Below are positions 50,434 through 62,811 of a stretch of 64,000 nt of DNA, piece after piece (position 1 is the first letter of the stretch; the number at the start of each line of letters is the position of its first letter). Source of the DNA: Piromyces finnis finn (Eukaryota; Fungi; Neocallimastigomycota); the NCBI GenBank assembly GCA_002104945.1, contig MCFH01000005.1, positions 1,308,138-1,372,137 on the forward strand, read 5' to 3'. The notes under the pieces were generated by a model, which was not told where the DNA came from, did no database searches, and saw nothing but the letters and a program-made list of their open reading frames with translations. Position numbers and translations under genes: made by a program.

Positions 50434-51271
50434 TTAAATTACACATTGTTGTACATAAATTGAAAGAAATAAATGTTGATTAAAAATTGTACTATTTCCA
50501 TACGGAGAAATTATATATAACGGTGTTTCACCTTTATTATTTGCTTTGTTTATATCTGCTCCTTTTTCTATTAAATATTCAGTAGTATTTCCACCTTTTG
50601 TACTTATTTCTTTGTTACAAGATAATAATAAAGGGGTATTACCTTCAATATCTTGCTTATTTGAATCCGCACCATAATCAATTAATAGCTTAGACAAATC
50701 TTCTTTCCCATATTTACAAGTTATTAACAATGGTGTTTCACCTTTATTATTGACTATATTGTAATCCGCGCCTCTTTCTACTAAATATTGTATCATATCT
50801 CCATTACCCATTATATTTTTACAAGCCATATGTAATGGTGTATCATCATTAATATTTTGCACATTAATATTAAAATTTATGTTCAATAAATAGTCTATTG
50901 CTTTTTCTTTAAATCCCTTAACAGCATAATATAACGCTGTATTTTTATCGTTATCCTTTATATAAATATTAGCGCCATAATTAATAAATAATTCTATAGC
51001 CTCTTCCATATTATCATACCAATAAAACTCACGTAACTTAAGTATTGGCGTACCTCCTATACTATTTTTTATATTTATATTAGCTCCATACCTAATTAAT
51101 AAATTTATGATATCTTTACTATAAAAAAGTATACTCATCTCTACAATAGTAATACGATTAAATGATCCATTACGAAAAAAAAGTGCATTAAAGTATCATT
51201 AGATTCAATACTTATAATACGAGTATATCCATATTGAAAATACAATATATGTAAATATCAATGTTTTTCAT
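50434..51271 (-). pseudogene. Ankyrin-repeat protein, probably decayed at the 5' end
   Basis: Five to six repeats of G.T(P/A)L...C....LL..GA..N (e.g. DTPLHMACKN..LVERGADYN, GETPLLITCKYGKEDLSKLLIDYGADSN). The upstream 51140-51271 segment is coding-like but has stops/frameshifts. Confidence 0.7.
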
Positions 51272-51881
51272 AATATTTTTCTTTATAAAAATTATATAAA
51301 ATAAATCCTCAAATGCAAATGTTTTTTAAGTTTGATATTTAATAATTTAATATTACTTCATTGTACGCTATTAATATATTTTTAATATTTATGTTTATAT
51401 AGTACATGAATTTCGTTTTTTATAATTCTACTTTTAACTTTTTTTTATTTTAAAAAATATAATTATTATTTTTTTTAATAAAATTTTAAAATAATTTTAC
51501 AGCCAACCAAATTTGATTTAATTTTTTAATATCTTTTTATTTTATTAAATTAAATGATGGGTTATGTAGGAAGAATCCATTTTTTAAAATTTTATTATTA
51601 AAAGTTCATTATTATAATTATTTTGTATAATAAGAAACGAACACTTTTTCTTTATAATTTATAATAAGCAATCACAATAATATGGTATTTTAATATTTTA
51701 TATCTTTATAAATTATTATTATTATTTTTATTCTTTTTATTAAAACAATATTCATTAGAGTAAATAAATAAAAAGGTATAAGAATCATTTATGATAAAAA
51801 ATATAAAAAAATAGTAATATAAATAATAAAATAAATAATTTTATATAAATATAATAATAATGTATAAGGAATATATAATAT

Positions 51882-52560
51882 ATGTTTTATATCTATTTCA
51901 TTTTTTTCAAACTATATGTACTTAACTGTGTAAATGAAACTAAAATATACATATATATATATTACAACTATTCTTCCGATAATTATATAAACAAAAAAGA
52001 CATATTAAATAATAAAAAAAAAGTTTATGGAGATTATTTTTGCAAAAATGATATTTGTGCTTCAATGGATTATCAGTATTGTAAACCGTTTATTCATTTA
52101 TTGAAATGCTAAATATAAAAGGAAATATAAAATTATATATTTGTGAAACATATTCATATGAATATATATGAATATATTAAATTATATAATTCTACTAATG
52201 AACAACACTATGGTGATACAATTATTTCTTACAGATGTAATAAAGATGATGAATGTTTATATAATAAATGTGTTGATAATTATTGTATTTTTAATGATAA
52301 AGCATCTGTAGAACATTGTGATAATATTTATCTTTGTCATAGAAAATCATATAATTATTGTGGTAAAGCATATCGTAATACATGTAAAACTATCGATGAA
52401 CGTTCTTCTAAATTATGTATAGATGAACTTTGTATTGCTCAAGAAAATAGTCCTTCTGACAGTGAAGATTAAGGAGAATCTATAATTGCTGGTTATGCAG
52501 GTTATAGTTATTTTTATAATTTTATTAAGCATCTTTTATTGTTGTTATTACTTTAAACAT
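51882..52560 (+). pseudogene. Frameshifted Cys-rich secreted/membrane protein (YFCKNDIC..RCNKDDECLYNKCVDNYC..YCGKAY family)
   Basis: Two consecutive ORFs (51882..52112, 52143..52472) read as one Cys-rich protein broken by frameshifts/stops; a hydrophobic TM-like remnant follows SPSDSED. Confidence 0.65.
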
Positions 52561-53574
52561 TTAAATAGAAAAAACAAGAGCTCAAATTATAAAATCAAAA
52601 ATATATGGGTTGTTATTAAAAACATTAATTGTGTTCTAAGTAAATATATATAAATTATAGAATCATTTATTATTATAAATATAATGTTTTACTTTGTAAT
52701 ATGCTGTAACTACCAAGTTGAAGTATAATTTACTATTAAATAAACTTGTAATTTATATCTATTTCATTTAACTATTAATATTAATAAAATAGTTTTATAT
52801 ATTAGATATTAAAAAGTATTATTAAAAGATGTTAATATTTTAAGATTTATATATTTTAAAAGGTACAACAAAAAACAAAGTTTAATGATTAATAATAAAG
52901 ATAGTATATTAATGTTATTTTTAAGTACTTTAGAAAATGTTTTTTTTTAAAAGAAATTACTTCAGTAATTGACTTAAATGATTTAATAAAGGTCTTGACT
53001 AATTTGTATAGTGCAGAAAAAGGATTAAATAATTTTAATAAAAAATACTTTATTAATTTGAATTTGAATTATATTTTAGAGAATATTGAAAAACGATAGG
53101 TTCAGATTATAGTAAAATGATGAAATTTCAAGGTTATTATCAATATACTATTTATTTGTTGAAAGTAAAATTTTATATCCTGAATTTTCTGGTGATTTAT
53201 AATAATTATTATTCCACCGTACATATTGTATTGTTATTTAATATTTTTAAAGAAAGAAAAAAGAGTTATATCTTTTAAATAAAAATACTTTTCCTTTTTT
53301 TTTTTTTAAATAGATTTAATATAAATATAAATAAATATATATATATTATATATATTAATTTTTCATTATTTCAAATACAATTTTGGAATGGATTTTAATT
53401 TAAAAATCATTTCATTCATCTATTTTATTAATAGGAATTTATTTTTTGTTATTAAATTTTTTGTAAAATTTATCTTTTTTTTAAAAAAAATTAATATTTT
53501 TTCTTTCCTTTTCTTTTATAATATTGATTTATATTATTAATGAATTTAGATAAATTTATTAATTCTTTTTTACT

Positions 53575-53830
53575 TTAGCTTCCTTTTTGGTACTAATTAT
53601 TTTGTATGGTTGCTTTACAACTCCTTCAGCATTTATACTTGTGCCTTGTTATTTTATCTCTATCAAAAAAATATTCTATATATTGTTCATCTCCATCCAA
53701 GTAGTATTTTCCATTTCTGTTCATTTCGAGATACTTTCTAGATTGCTTTCTTTCACCAGAATTTGGATTGTAGTTTGAATTATTTACATCAGCAAAATAA
53801 ACATACACTTGAAGTATTATATATTATACA
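53575..53830 (-). pseudogene. Decayed coding fragment of unknown family
   Basis: ORF 53626..53808 (FADVNNSNYNP..YYLDGDEQYIEYFFDRD) continues after a frameshift as TSINAEGVVKQPYKIISTKKEAK; GC content is above the flanks. Confidence 0.35.
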
Positions 53831-54548
53831 ATATATCCTTTTTTTTTGGCTTTTTTAAATGGTTAAAGTTTTAATTTTCTTTTATTAGTTGAAATATTTT
53901 ACTTTTAGAGAAATTTTATTCATCAAATTTTCCAATAGAAGGAAATTATAATATGTAATTAAAATGAAGATGATATGAAAAAATTAAATAAATAAACACT
54001 TTTTGAAAAAAATAAATTATGTCTTTTATAATTTTTAGTTATTTTCATTTATGTATTATAAAATATAATGTGATAATAATAGAAAATTTACTAAAACAAT
54101 TAAATAATAAGTAATGATTAATAATTATTATAATTTCTAATATAAAGTAATAATTAATTATAAGAAAATTAACACGAAAACTAAAAGCTATTAAATAATT
54201 ATATATATAGTATTTAAACCTTATACGTATTTTTATTGTATTTTTTTAATGTTAAATAAATATTTTTATAATAATTTTATATATATACTTTTTTTCATAT
54301 TATAATAATTATAATTATTAATTATTATAATTAATTATATGAAAATAATTATTTTTGATAATAAAAAGAAATTATATATTTATCTATTTATATCTATTTA
54401 TATAATATATATTATATATATATTATATATAATAATGTTTTATATAAATTTCTTTTATATACTATCAATATCTATATTTCTATTATTTCTATACTTTTAA
54501 TATTATATAATAAAATAATAAAATTATTAATATTATTAAATATTAAAA

Positions 54549-56318
54549 TTAGTGATGAAGTTTAACACGACATTTACGAATGGTCTTCTTTGGCTTTTTA
54601 GTAGCTGGATTTTTAGTTACTGGAATGGTTTGTCTCATTACTGTAACAGTTTTAGTAATATGTCTAATGGTGGTTGAATTGATTTCTTCTTTAATTTCAT
54701 CATCATTTTCATCTAATTCAGTGGATTTTTCATCCTCAATAATTTCTTCATTAACATTTTCATCAATATTTTCATCATTATTTTCATCAATATTTTCATC
54801 AGCTGAATCAATTTCTTCAACTTCTTCAACTTCAACTGGTGTTACTTCTGCTTCTTCTTCATCTGAACTTAATGAAGGTTCTTCTTTTGTATTTTCTTCT
54901 TCATCTTTAACTTCAGTTACTTCTTCTTCAATAATAGTAGTTGGTTCAATAACACAAACACCTTCTTCATTGGAAATAAATCCTTTACTACAAACACATT
55001 TACCATCAATTAATGTACTTCCTTCCTTACATTTGGTGCATGTCTTTCCATCAAGACAACTAGCACAGTTTACTGGACATGCTGAACATCTACATTTATC
55101 ACCAATAAATGTTCCTTCACCACAACTCATATTAACGGTGAAACGGGCAATACCACTGGATTCTGCTGCTTTGAATTCCTTGTATGAAACTGATTCACTT
55201 TCGCATTTTGGTAAGCTACCACGATTGTAGTTTTCAATGTTGATTGAATATTGACTGAATTTGGCGGTAATGTTATTAACATTCACACTCCATTCTGCCT
55301 TTTCTTTTTGATCAACAATAACGTCTAAACAGTTATCGACAAATTCCTTTTGGAATTCTTCGTAACCCAACTTTCTGTTGGATGAAATAGTGCAGATGAC
55401 TTGATCCTTATTTTGTTCACTACAACCATCTTGATAAATCTCGATTAAATATTTTTGATTGACAAGAATACCATCCATGTGTCCATTTTCGGATCCTTCT
55501 CTCTTGATAACATATCCCTCATAGTAATCACCGAAAAGTTCATCCATTTGTTCATAGTCAATGTAGGAACTCTTAGCAGCTTTGTAGAAAGCTGTGTTAT
55601 CACATTTTTCACCATTGATGTTGTCGGTAGAAAGATACCAGATCCAGTGATTACCACCAGTTTGTTCTCTACGATTGTAATCAATGTAAATACGACATTG
55701 TTCTCTGACACGATCTAAACCAGTATTCATATCCCAATGGATCATATCGTATGGAACATTGTTTGAAGAAGGACCGAATTCGGCAATATCGAATGCATGG
55801 TTGATGTCAAGTGGTGAAACGTTAGAGTAGTACAAGTAGGTAGCCATGAGGGCTTCTGTTTTGTAGACTTGTTTAATAGAAAGTCCATCACAAGATTTTA
55901 AATTCTTGATGAGTAAAGAGAATTTTCCATCAACAACAGAAGCAACCGAAAAATCCTTGATTTCAACATTATTTTGTTTAATTTTAACATAATCCTTAAT
56001 TTCACCATCTGTAAAACGATAGCCAGTTTTGTAATTGTTGAGACCTTCATTACCATTTTTTAATTCACCAATTCTTAAATTGAAAGAACCGTCATTGTTA
56101 CTTTCTTTCTTTACAGAAATGTTAACAATATCATTTTTAATACCGAAATTGGCAAAGTTTATGAAGCATTGATCTTCTTTTCTTAAAACACCATCTTTAG
56201 TGTATTCAAGAGATACATTCTTGGCAGCGTTTTCGTTGATTAAAGGAGAATCAGCATTTACAAAACAAACACTGGATAAAGAAAGTAAAGCAACAAACTT
56301 TAAAATATTCTTGAACAT
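54549..56318 (-). CDS. Secreted protein with uncharacterised N-terminal domain, furin-like/growth-factor-receptor Cys-rich repeat, acidic Glu-rich stalk and basic C-terminal tail; intronless
   Basis: Signal peptide MFKNILKFVALLSLSSVCFVNA; CRCSACPVNCASCLDGKTCTKCKEGSTLIDGKCVCSKGF; E/D-rich region; ends KKPKKTIRKCRVKLHH. Confidence 0.8.
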   Translation of the reverse strand: MFKNILKFVALLSLSSVCFVNADSPLINENAAKNVSLEYTKDGVLRKEDQCFINFANFGIKNDIVNISVKKESNNDGSFNLRIGELKNGNEGLNNYKTGYRFTDGEIKDYVKIKQNNVEIKDFSVASVVDGKFSLLIKNLKSCDGLSIKQVYKTEALMATYLYYSNVSPLDINHAFDIAEFGPSSNNVPYDMIHWDMNTGLDRVREQCRIYIDYNRREQTGGNHWIWYLSTDNINGEKCDNTAFYKAAKSSYIDYEQMDELFGDYYEGYVIKREGSENGHMDGILVNQKYLIEIYQDGCSEQNKDQVICTISSNRKLGYEEFQKEFVDNCLDVIVDQKEKAEWSVNVNNITAKFSQYSINIENYNRGSLPKCESESVSYKEFKAAESSGIARFTVNMSCGEGTFIGDKCRCSACPVNCASCLDGKTCTKCKEGSTLIDGKCVCSKGFISNEEGVCVIEPTTIIEEEVTEVKDEEENTKEEPSLSSDEEEAEVTPVEVEEVEEIDSADENIDENNDENIDENVNEEIIEDEKSTELDENDDEIKEEINSTTIRHITKTVTVMRQTIPVTKNPATKKPKKTIRKCRVKLHH

Positions 56319-57406
56319 TTTATATATTTTTGATATATTTACGATATATTTACGATATATTTATGCTATATTTATTATTGCTTAAAAGAGGTTTAAAAAT
56401 TTAATTTATATTACACAAGATATTAAAAGATATTACAAGTAGTACAAGATATTACAAGTAAGTAGTACTTTATATATTTTTTGATTATATATTAAAAAAT
56501 ATTAATATATTACAATATAACTTTTAAAGTCAATAACATCTAAAAATTATTATTATTTTATATTATTATTATATAATATTTAATAATATATGATATTATT
56601 AGTTAAATTATTAGTTAAAGAAATTAATAATTAATATCTTTATTCATTCCTACCTAAATATAGATGATGAAATATTAAGTGATTAATTAATAAAAATATT
56701 AATTATAATAATATTTTTAAATACTCTTAAAAGTTTTTAAATACTCTTAAAAGGTAGTTTGAAATTAATGATTATTAAAATAATGATTTTATGATGAAGG
56801 GAAATAAAGATCCTTTTATATTTTAAAATTAAATAACTTTAAAATATAATTTTTATTTCCACTTTAATCAACCTGTATAATATTTATATTCGTAATATTC
56901 TTTTTATTTTTAAAAATTAAAAAAATTAATTTCTTTACTATTATTATTTATTATTTAATAACGTTATTTAATATTTCATAATTAATATTTTTATAAATGT
57001 TAAATTAAATATGGGAAAATTTCCTTTATTTTATTAATTATATTTCTTTTTTTTTTTTATTATTTTCATAAATTAAAATATTATTAAATTTTAAATTTAA
57101 TTTTTATATTGCAGAAAACCCATATTTTTTAAAACATTATTTATTATTAAAATATAAATTTTTTTATTTTTTTATATTAAATATTTATTTAATATTTATT
57201 CAAGGAAAATTATTTAAATTAAAATTAATAAAAATAATAAAAAATATAATTTTTAATATAAAATTTAATTTAATATTTAAATTTAATTGTTTAACATTAA
57301 AAATTAATTTAATATAAAAATCTAATTTTTAAATTAAACATAAATATTATTATTTAATAAAGTTTTTATTTTAATATTTAATAAATGTAATATGTTATTT
57401 ATTTAA

Positions 57407-57481
57407 TTATATTAAAAAAGGATAAGGTGAAAAATAAAAAGTTGTATTATTTTATTTTCACCTTATCTTTTTTTAATATAA
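57407..57481. repeat. Near-perfect inverted repeat (~32-bp arms, ~10-nt loop)
   Basis: Left arm TTATATTAAAAAAGGATAAGGTGAAAAATAAAA; reverse complement of right arm TTATATTAAAAAAAGATAAGGTGAAAATAAAA. Confidence 0.85.
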
Positions 57482-58255
57482 CTATAATGAAATATTGAAA
57501 TATTACTAGTAATGTTTTAAATTTTATTATTTATATTATGTTTTAATCATTTTCTTATTATTATGTGATTATGTATATTAAATATTCATTAGAATATTAA
57601 GTAAAGTATGAAAATATTTGTTATAATAAAGAAAATTGATTTATATATTTATATATATGAAAAATTAAATTATATAAATTATTGTTTAAGAATCTATTAA
57701 ACAAGATAAATAGTTTTTTTTTCTATAATAATTTACTTGTATTTTTAAATAATATATGATCATATTTCTTAATTTTTTTTGATAGGTTTGAATAAAAAAA
57801 TAATTAATCATAACAGTAAGAATAAATCAGTCTTTTTTTTACTATGGATAGAAAAAAATTTTTTATAATAATTTTTCTAATTATATATTTACTTCTAATG
57901 AAAATGTAAGTAGTAAAAAAAATCAAAAATCTTTTTTTTTTTCAGATATATTATGGATAAGTAGTGAAAGTAGGATGGACTGTATTAAGATTATATATGA
58001 AAATAGTCCCATACTTTAGTGTTTTGATCATTTCACTAACAATAAATCTTTCCATGATAAATGTATATAATTTCTTAAATGATTCAAAACATAAAATACT
58101 GTTAAATTAATACTTATTAATTTTGAATAGTCAATTTAGTATGTATTTTCTTATTAATAATATATATATAAACAGTATATATTTAATTCAATGTATTTTT
58201 AAAGATAAAATTTTATTATAATTTTTTTGTAAATTTTTTAATAAAAAATAAATAT

Positions 58256-58345
58256 AAAGTTAATTATTAATTATATATTACATTGGTATAGAATGAAATA
58301 AAAGTTAATTATTAATTATATATTACATTGGTATAGAATGAAATA
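58256..58345. repeat. Perfect 45-bp tandem duplication
   Basis: AAAGTTAATTATTAATTATATATTACATTGGTATAGAATGAAATA at 58256-58300 and 58301-58345. Confidence 0.9.
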
Positions 58346-58486
58346 AAAAAAGATTTTTCTCATTATTCAATCATTTATTATTAAAGTAAAATTCAAAATA
58401 ATAATATATAAAAATATTTTTTACATAATACTTTATAAAAAACAATAAAAATAATATAAAATATCAAATACACCCTTTTCACTTAG

Positions 58487-61021
58487 TTATGAAATCAGAC
58501 AATTAGATTCATTACTTTCAGATTTTTTAGATGATATATGTTTTCTTTTGTTATTTCCAGTTTCTTTAAAGGATACATGTTCTAACTTTCTTTTGTTATT
58601 TCCAAACTCTTCTTCAGATAATATATGTTCTAATTCACTAGCATTTACTTCTATACTATTAGACATATCAACTCTATAATCTGATTCAGTTTCTTTTTCA
58701 TTATATCCAAATTTTTTAGATGATACATGCTTTTTCTTGTTATTTCTATACTTTTTTTCATGCTTTTCATTTAGTATATATTTCAATTTATTAGTATCTA
58801 CTTCTACATTATTAGGTTTATCAACTCTACAATTGGATCTAGTTTCACCTTCATTATTTCTAGATTTTATAGATGCTATCATTTCTTCTATTTCACTAGT
58901 ATTTGCTTGTACGTTATTAGATTTTTTAAGTGATTTAATTTCCATTTTACGATCACATTCTATTATTATACAAGAATAATTTTTACTTGGCTTGTTAAAA
59001 TTTATTCCAACTAATAAGATATTTCCTGTATATATTTTTTCAATATTATTAAAATATTTATTTTCGTATATTTGTCCAATTGCTCTCTTTGCTGAACCAT
59101 TTAGTTTTAATTCTATTATAATTATTTTTCCTTTCTTATTTTTAGGATAAAAAATATAATCAACAAATCCTTCACCGCTTCTTTCTTCTTCCTTAACTTT
59201 ATAGATTTTATTTGCTGAAAAATATGCAAAATCAATAACTCGTTTTATATTACCATGATCAATCTTGTCACCTGCTTTTATTTTTTTCTCATGCACTTCT
59301 TCTAATAATTTTCGTAAACTTTCTGCATCATTTTTTAATGTGCTTTCTAATATTTTTTTTGAATTTTCAATTAATTCATAATAATATTCTGTTTCATCAT
59401 CTTTTCTATTTAAAACTTTTATAAATTTTTCTTTCAATTCTTCATTCGGAATAGATATTTTTTTATTGTAATAGGTTAAAAATCCAAAAGCAACCATTTT
59501 TGAATATAATTCTTTTCTCATTTCATCATTACTTTTTTCTTTTCCCTTTAAATCTTTTTGTATATCTTCTACGCCATAATTTTCTAATTCTATTGATATT
59601 TTTTTCCCCTTAATTAATTCTAAAATTTCATCCTTTACACTATTTATACCAAAGTTAATTATATCTGATACTTCTGCAAAACGTCCTGTTTCTGTCCAAT
59701 AATTCTTTATCGAATTACATTTTAATGCTTGAAATACTGACCATGTGTTAAAAATTTTTTCACCATCATAACTTTTATATCCATTATACCACTTTTCTAA
59801 ATCATCATATTTTATTACTTTATTTCTTATACAAAGAAGTCGAACTTCTTCTTCTGTAAAACCAAAATATTTATAATATATATCATCATTTATCATAGAA
59901 TACTCATTAAAACAATTAAGTGATGATTGATTTGATTGTTTTGCTATTGGCAATATTCCTGTCATAAAAACAAAAGCGAAACATGATTGACCTTTTATTA
60001 AATTACTTAAAAAAAATATATAGTCTTTAATAAAAGCATTCACGTTTTTTTTCTCTTTTTCATATTCTTCCTTATTTTTATCTTTGTCTATTTCCTCAAT
60101 ATCAGAAAATTTTACATTAATTGGATAGTCCCATTCATCAATAATAAGTATAAACCTTTTTTTTAATTCAGCAGATAAATCTTTTATATTATCAATTATA
60201 TTATCATTATACCTATCTTCATTTAATAATTTAAGACTTGGGAATAAACTTTCAATATCATTTTTAAATCTTTTATTTATATATTCTAAATAATCATCTA
60301 TTTTTTTATATTTGGTGACAAATTTGGAAAAATCAAAATACAAAGTATGATATTTTTTTTGATATTCTTCATAATATTTTTTATCTTTTTTTTTCTCTTT
60401 CTGATATTCTTCGTTTTCCATTTTTTTTAATTCAATTTCTTTTACTTTCTGAAATTTTTCAGAGTCTATTTTTTTTAATTCAATTTCCTTTTCTTTCGGA
60501 AATTCATCGTTATTTTTCTTTTCTAATTCAATTTCTTTTCCTTTCTGATATTCTTGAATGTCTTCTTTTTCTGATTCATTTTCTTTTTCATCAGAAAATA
60601 TTTTTTTATAAACATTTAATTTATCAAATATATCTTCAGAATTAATTCCCTCACTATAATAAGCAATTAACATTGAAGCTATTGATGATTTTCCAAATCT
60701 TCTTGGTTTTGTAATGCATACATATTTATCACCACTTTTATCTATTAATCTGTTAAATTCAGCTATCAAGTATGATTTATCTACAAAATATTTTTGTTTT
60801 AGTACACTTATAAAGTGTCTATACTCTTCACTATCAATAATAGATCCTGTTTTATTTGTATTTTCATTTTCAAATTTTTCAATTATTGTATTTAATTCAT
60901 CTTTTTCTTTATCAAGTTTTTTGATAAATTCATATAATTCATCATATTTTATATTACTCATAGAATTTCTTTCTTCATTATTACTACTATTATCACCCTC
61001 CAAATTATCTAAATTTTCCAT
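58487..61021 (-). CDS. AAA-ATPase-like domain plus PD-(D/E)XK nuclease (PF09820/PF08011 'DUF1703'-type), intronless
   Basis: FVDKSYLI; Walker A-like ITKPRRFGKSS; Walker B FILIIDEWD; FMTGILPI; WYNGY..IFNTWSV; NYWTETG; nuclease GEGFVDYIFYP..IIIELK..AIGQI..Y..GNILLVGINF. Confidence 0.9.
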   Translation of the reverse strand: MENLDNLEGDNSSNNEERNSMSNIKYDELYEFIKKLDKEKDELNTIIEKFENENTNKTGSIIDSEEYRHFISVLKQKYFVDKSYLIAEFNRLIDKSGDKYVCITKPRRFGKSSIASMLIAYYSEGINSEDIFDKLNVYKKIFSDEKENESEKEDIQEYQKGKEIELEKKNNDEFPKEKEIELKKIDSEKFQKVKEIELKKMENEEYQKEKKKDKKYYEEYQKKYHTLYFDFSKFVTKYKKIDDYLEYINKRFKNDIESLFPSLKLLNEDRYNDNIIDNIKDLSAELKKRFILIIDEWDYPINVKFSDIEEIDKDKNKEEYEKEKKNVNAFIKDYIFFLSNLIKGQSCFAFVFMTGILPIAKQSNQSSLNCFNEYSMINDDIYYKYFGFTEEEVRLLCIRNKVIKYDDLEKWYNGYKSYDGEKIFNTWSVFQALKCNSIKNYWTETGRFAEVSDIINFGINSVKDEILELIKGKKISIELENYGVEDIQKDLKGKEKSNDEMRKELYSKMVAFGFLTYYNKKISIPNEELKEKFIKVLNRKDDETEYYYELIENSKKILESTLKNDAESLRKLLEEVHEKKIKAGDKIDHGNIKRVIDFAYFSANKIYKVKEEERSGEGFVDYIFYPKNKKGKIIIIELKLNGSAKRAIGQIYENKYFNNIEKIYTGNILLVGINFNKPSKNYSCIIIECDRKMEIKSLKKSNNVQANTSEIEEMIASIKSRNNEGETRSNCRVDKPNNVEVDTNKLKYILNEKHEKKYRNNKKKHVSSKKFGYNEKETESDYRVDMSNSIEVNASELEHILSEEEFGNNKRKLEHVSFKETGNNKRKHISSKKSESNESNCLIS

Positions 61022-62757
61022 TATTTTTTTTTACATTAAATTTTCTTAATATATATTAATAATTTATAAAACTAAAAGTATTGTACATTTTTATTCCTTT
61101 TATATTTATTTTTTATGGGAACACTTGAACAAATCAATATATTAATATATTAATATATTAATATATTTATATCAATTTTTAATTAAAATTTAAACCATTT
61201 TTTATAATTTGAATAAAAGTATAATTTTTATAATAAAAAAAACATTGAAAAAACCAATTATTTTAATAGAATATTAAAGCAACTGCCATTTATTATTTTA
61301 AAAGAAGACTTTATTAACAACATTTTAATGTGGTAAAAACAATAAAGAATAATAACTAATTAATAATATTATTAATAAAAGTTTATATCCCAAGATTTAT
61401 TGTTAATAAAAAATGGTTAAAAAAAAATATTTAAAAATATTTTAAAAAAAAATTTTAAATAGACAATAATAAATATATTATAATTTCAAATTAGAAATTA
61501 TATTTATTATTATCTATTTTATTATGGAATAACAATAGTAATAGTTAAATAGTATTGTTATCATTCAATTTGTATTATTATGCTTTAAATATAATATTAC
61601 CATTTATATTAATATATTTAATCTTTATAATATATATTTATATATATTTATAATAAAACATAATAAATAGAAATAGAAATAAAATCGTTATATCTCATAT
61701 CTCTAAGATAAAAAAAATATTTGTAAGTTTCATCGGATGAAATAATGTCTAATGGCAAAAACAATTTAGAAAACGAATAAATAATTAATAGATTATAAAA
61801 TGATGTTATTATTAAGTAAATTGAATTTTTTTTTTTACGAAGAACTTCATACAACATTTAAAAATATATGATAATATTATTATTTTTTATTTAAATATCA
61901 TTTTCATTATTATAAAGATAAATTATTAATAAAAATATAATAATTAATCACTCATTAGAAATAGAATATTTTTAAAAGAAGGGGAAAAAATATCAATTCA
62001 TTTGTTTGTATTTTAAATCAAAATTCATAAATTGGTTTTATATCTTGTATAAAAAGTTTTTTTTTATTATTTTGAATGATTATGTTTAATTCAATATATT
62101 TATTTACGTATTTCTAAAAGTCAGATCAATTATATATAAATAAACTATGATAAACTTTTCATTCTATCATTATTTAATTATATTTTTTATTTACAATATT
62201 GAAATAATGAATAATTAATTATTTAATATTTTATATTAATATAATATATCTTTCTTTATTTATTATATATATATAATAAAATATAATAAATATATAAACA
62301 TTATTATTCTAATTTATTATTCTATTAAAAAAAAGAAAAATATTTTTATTGTCTTTGAATCACATTAAGAATAATTGTGGTTAAGTTTAATCGGAATTAT
62401 TAAAAATAATAATAATAATATATATATAATTTAAAAAAGCTATTTAAATAATAGGATATATGATATTAAATAAAAAAAAAGGCATTTTTGAATAAATAAT
62501 GAAATAATTGTTAAAAAGTTATTTAAAAATATATAATTTAAATGAAGGAATGTATTAATAAAATATTTTATTTATATTTTATAATTATTATTAAAAATAT
62601 ATCATTAAATAGATTAACAGACAACAGAAAATAATCTTTTATATAAAGTTTTAATATAAAACTTTGAAATAGTTATTCCTATAAAGGAAATATATTTTAT
62701 ATTTTCTTATTATTATTAATAGTTATTTTAATAGTTGTTATTATTATTATTAACAAT

Positions 62758-62811
<54 letters not shown>

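Noticed and set aside
54580-55230. 216-aa Ser-rich plus-strand ORF
   Set aside because: Antisense of the Glu-rich region of 54549..56318; other overlapping short ORFs (e.g. 1077..1448, 4094..4381, 39781..40344, 45187..45618, 45233..45628, 58737..58979) are likewise shadows or alternative frames of real genes.
61648-61857. 69-aa minus-strand ORF
   Set aside because: No motif, low-complexity composition and no supporting exons; also applies to 43256..43465 and 47876..48076.
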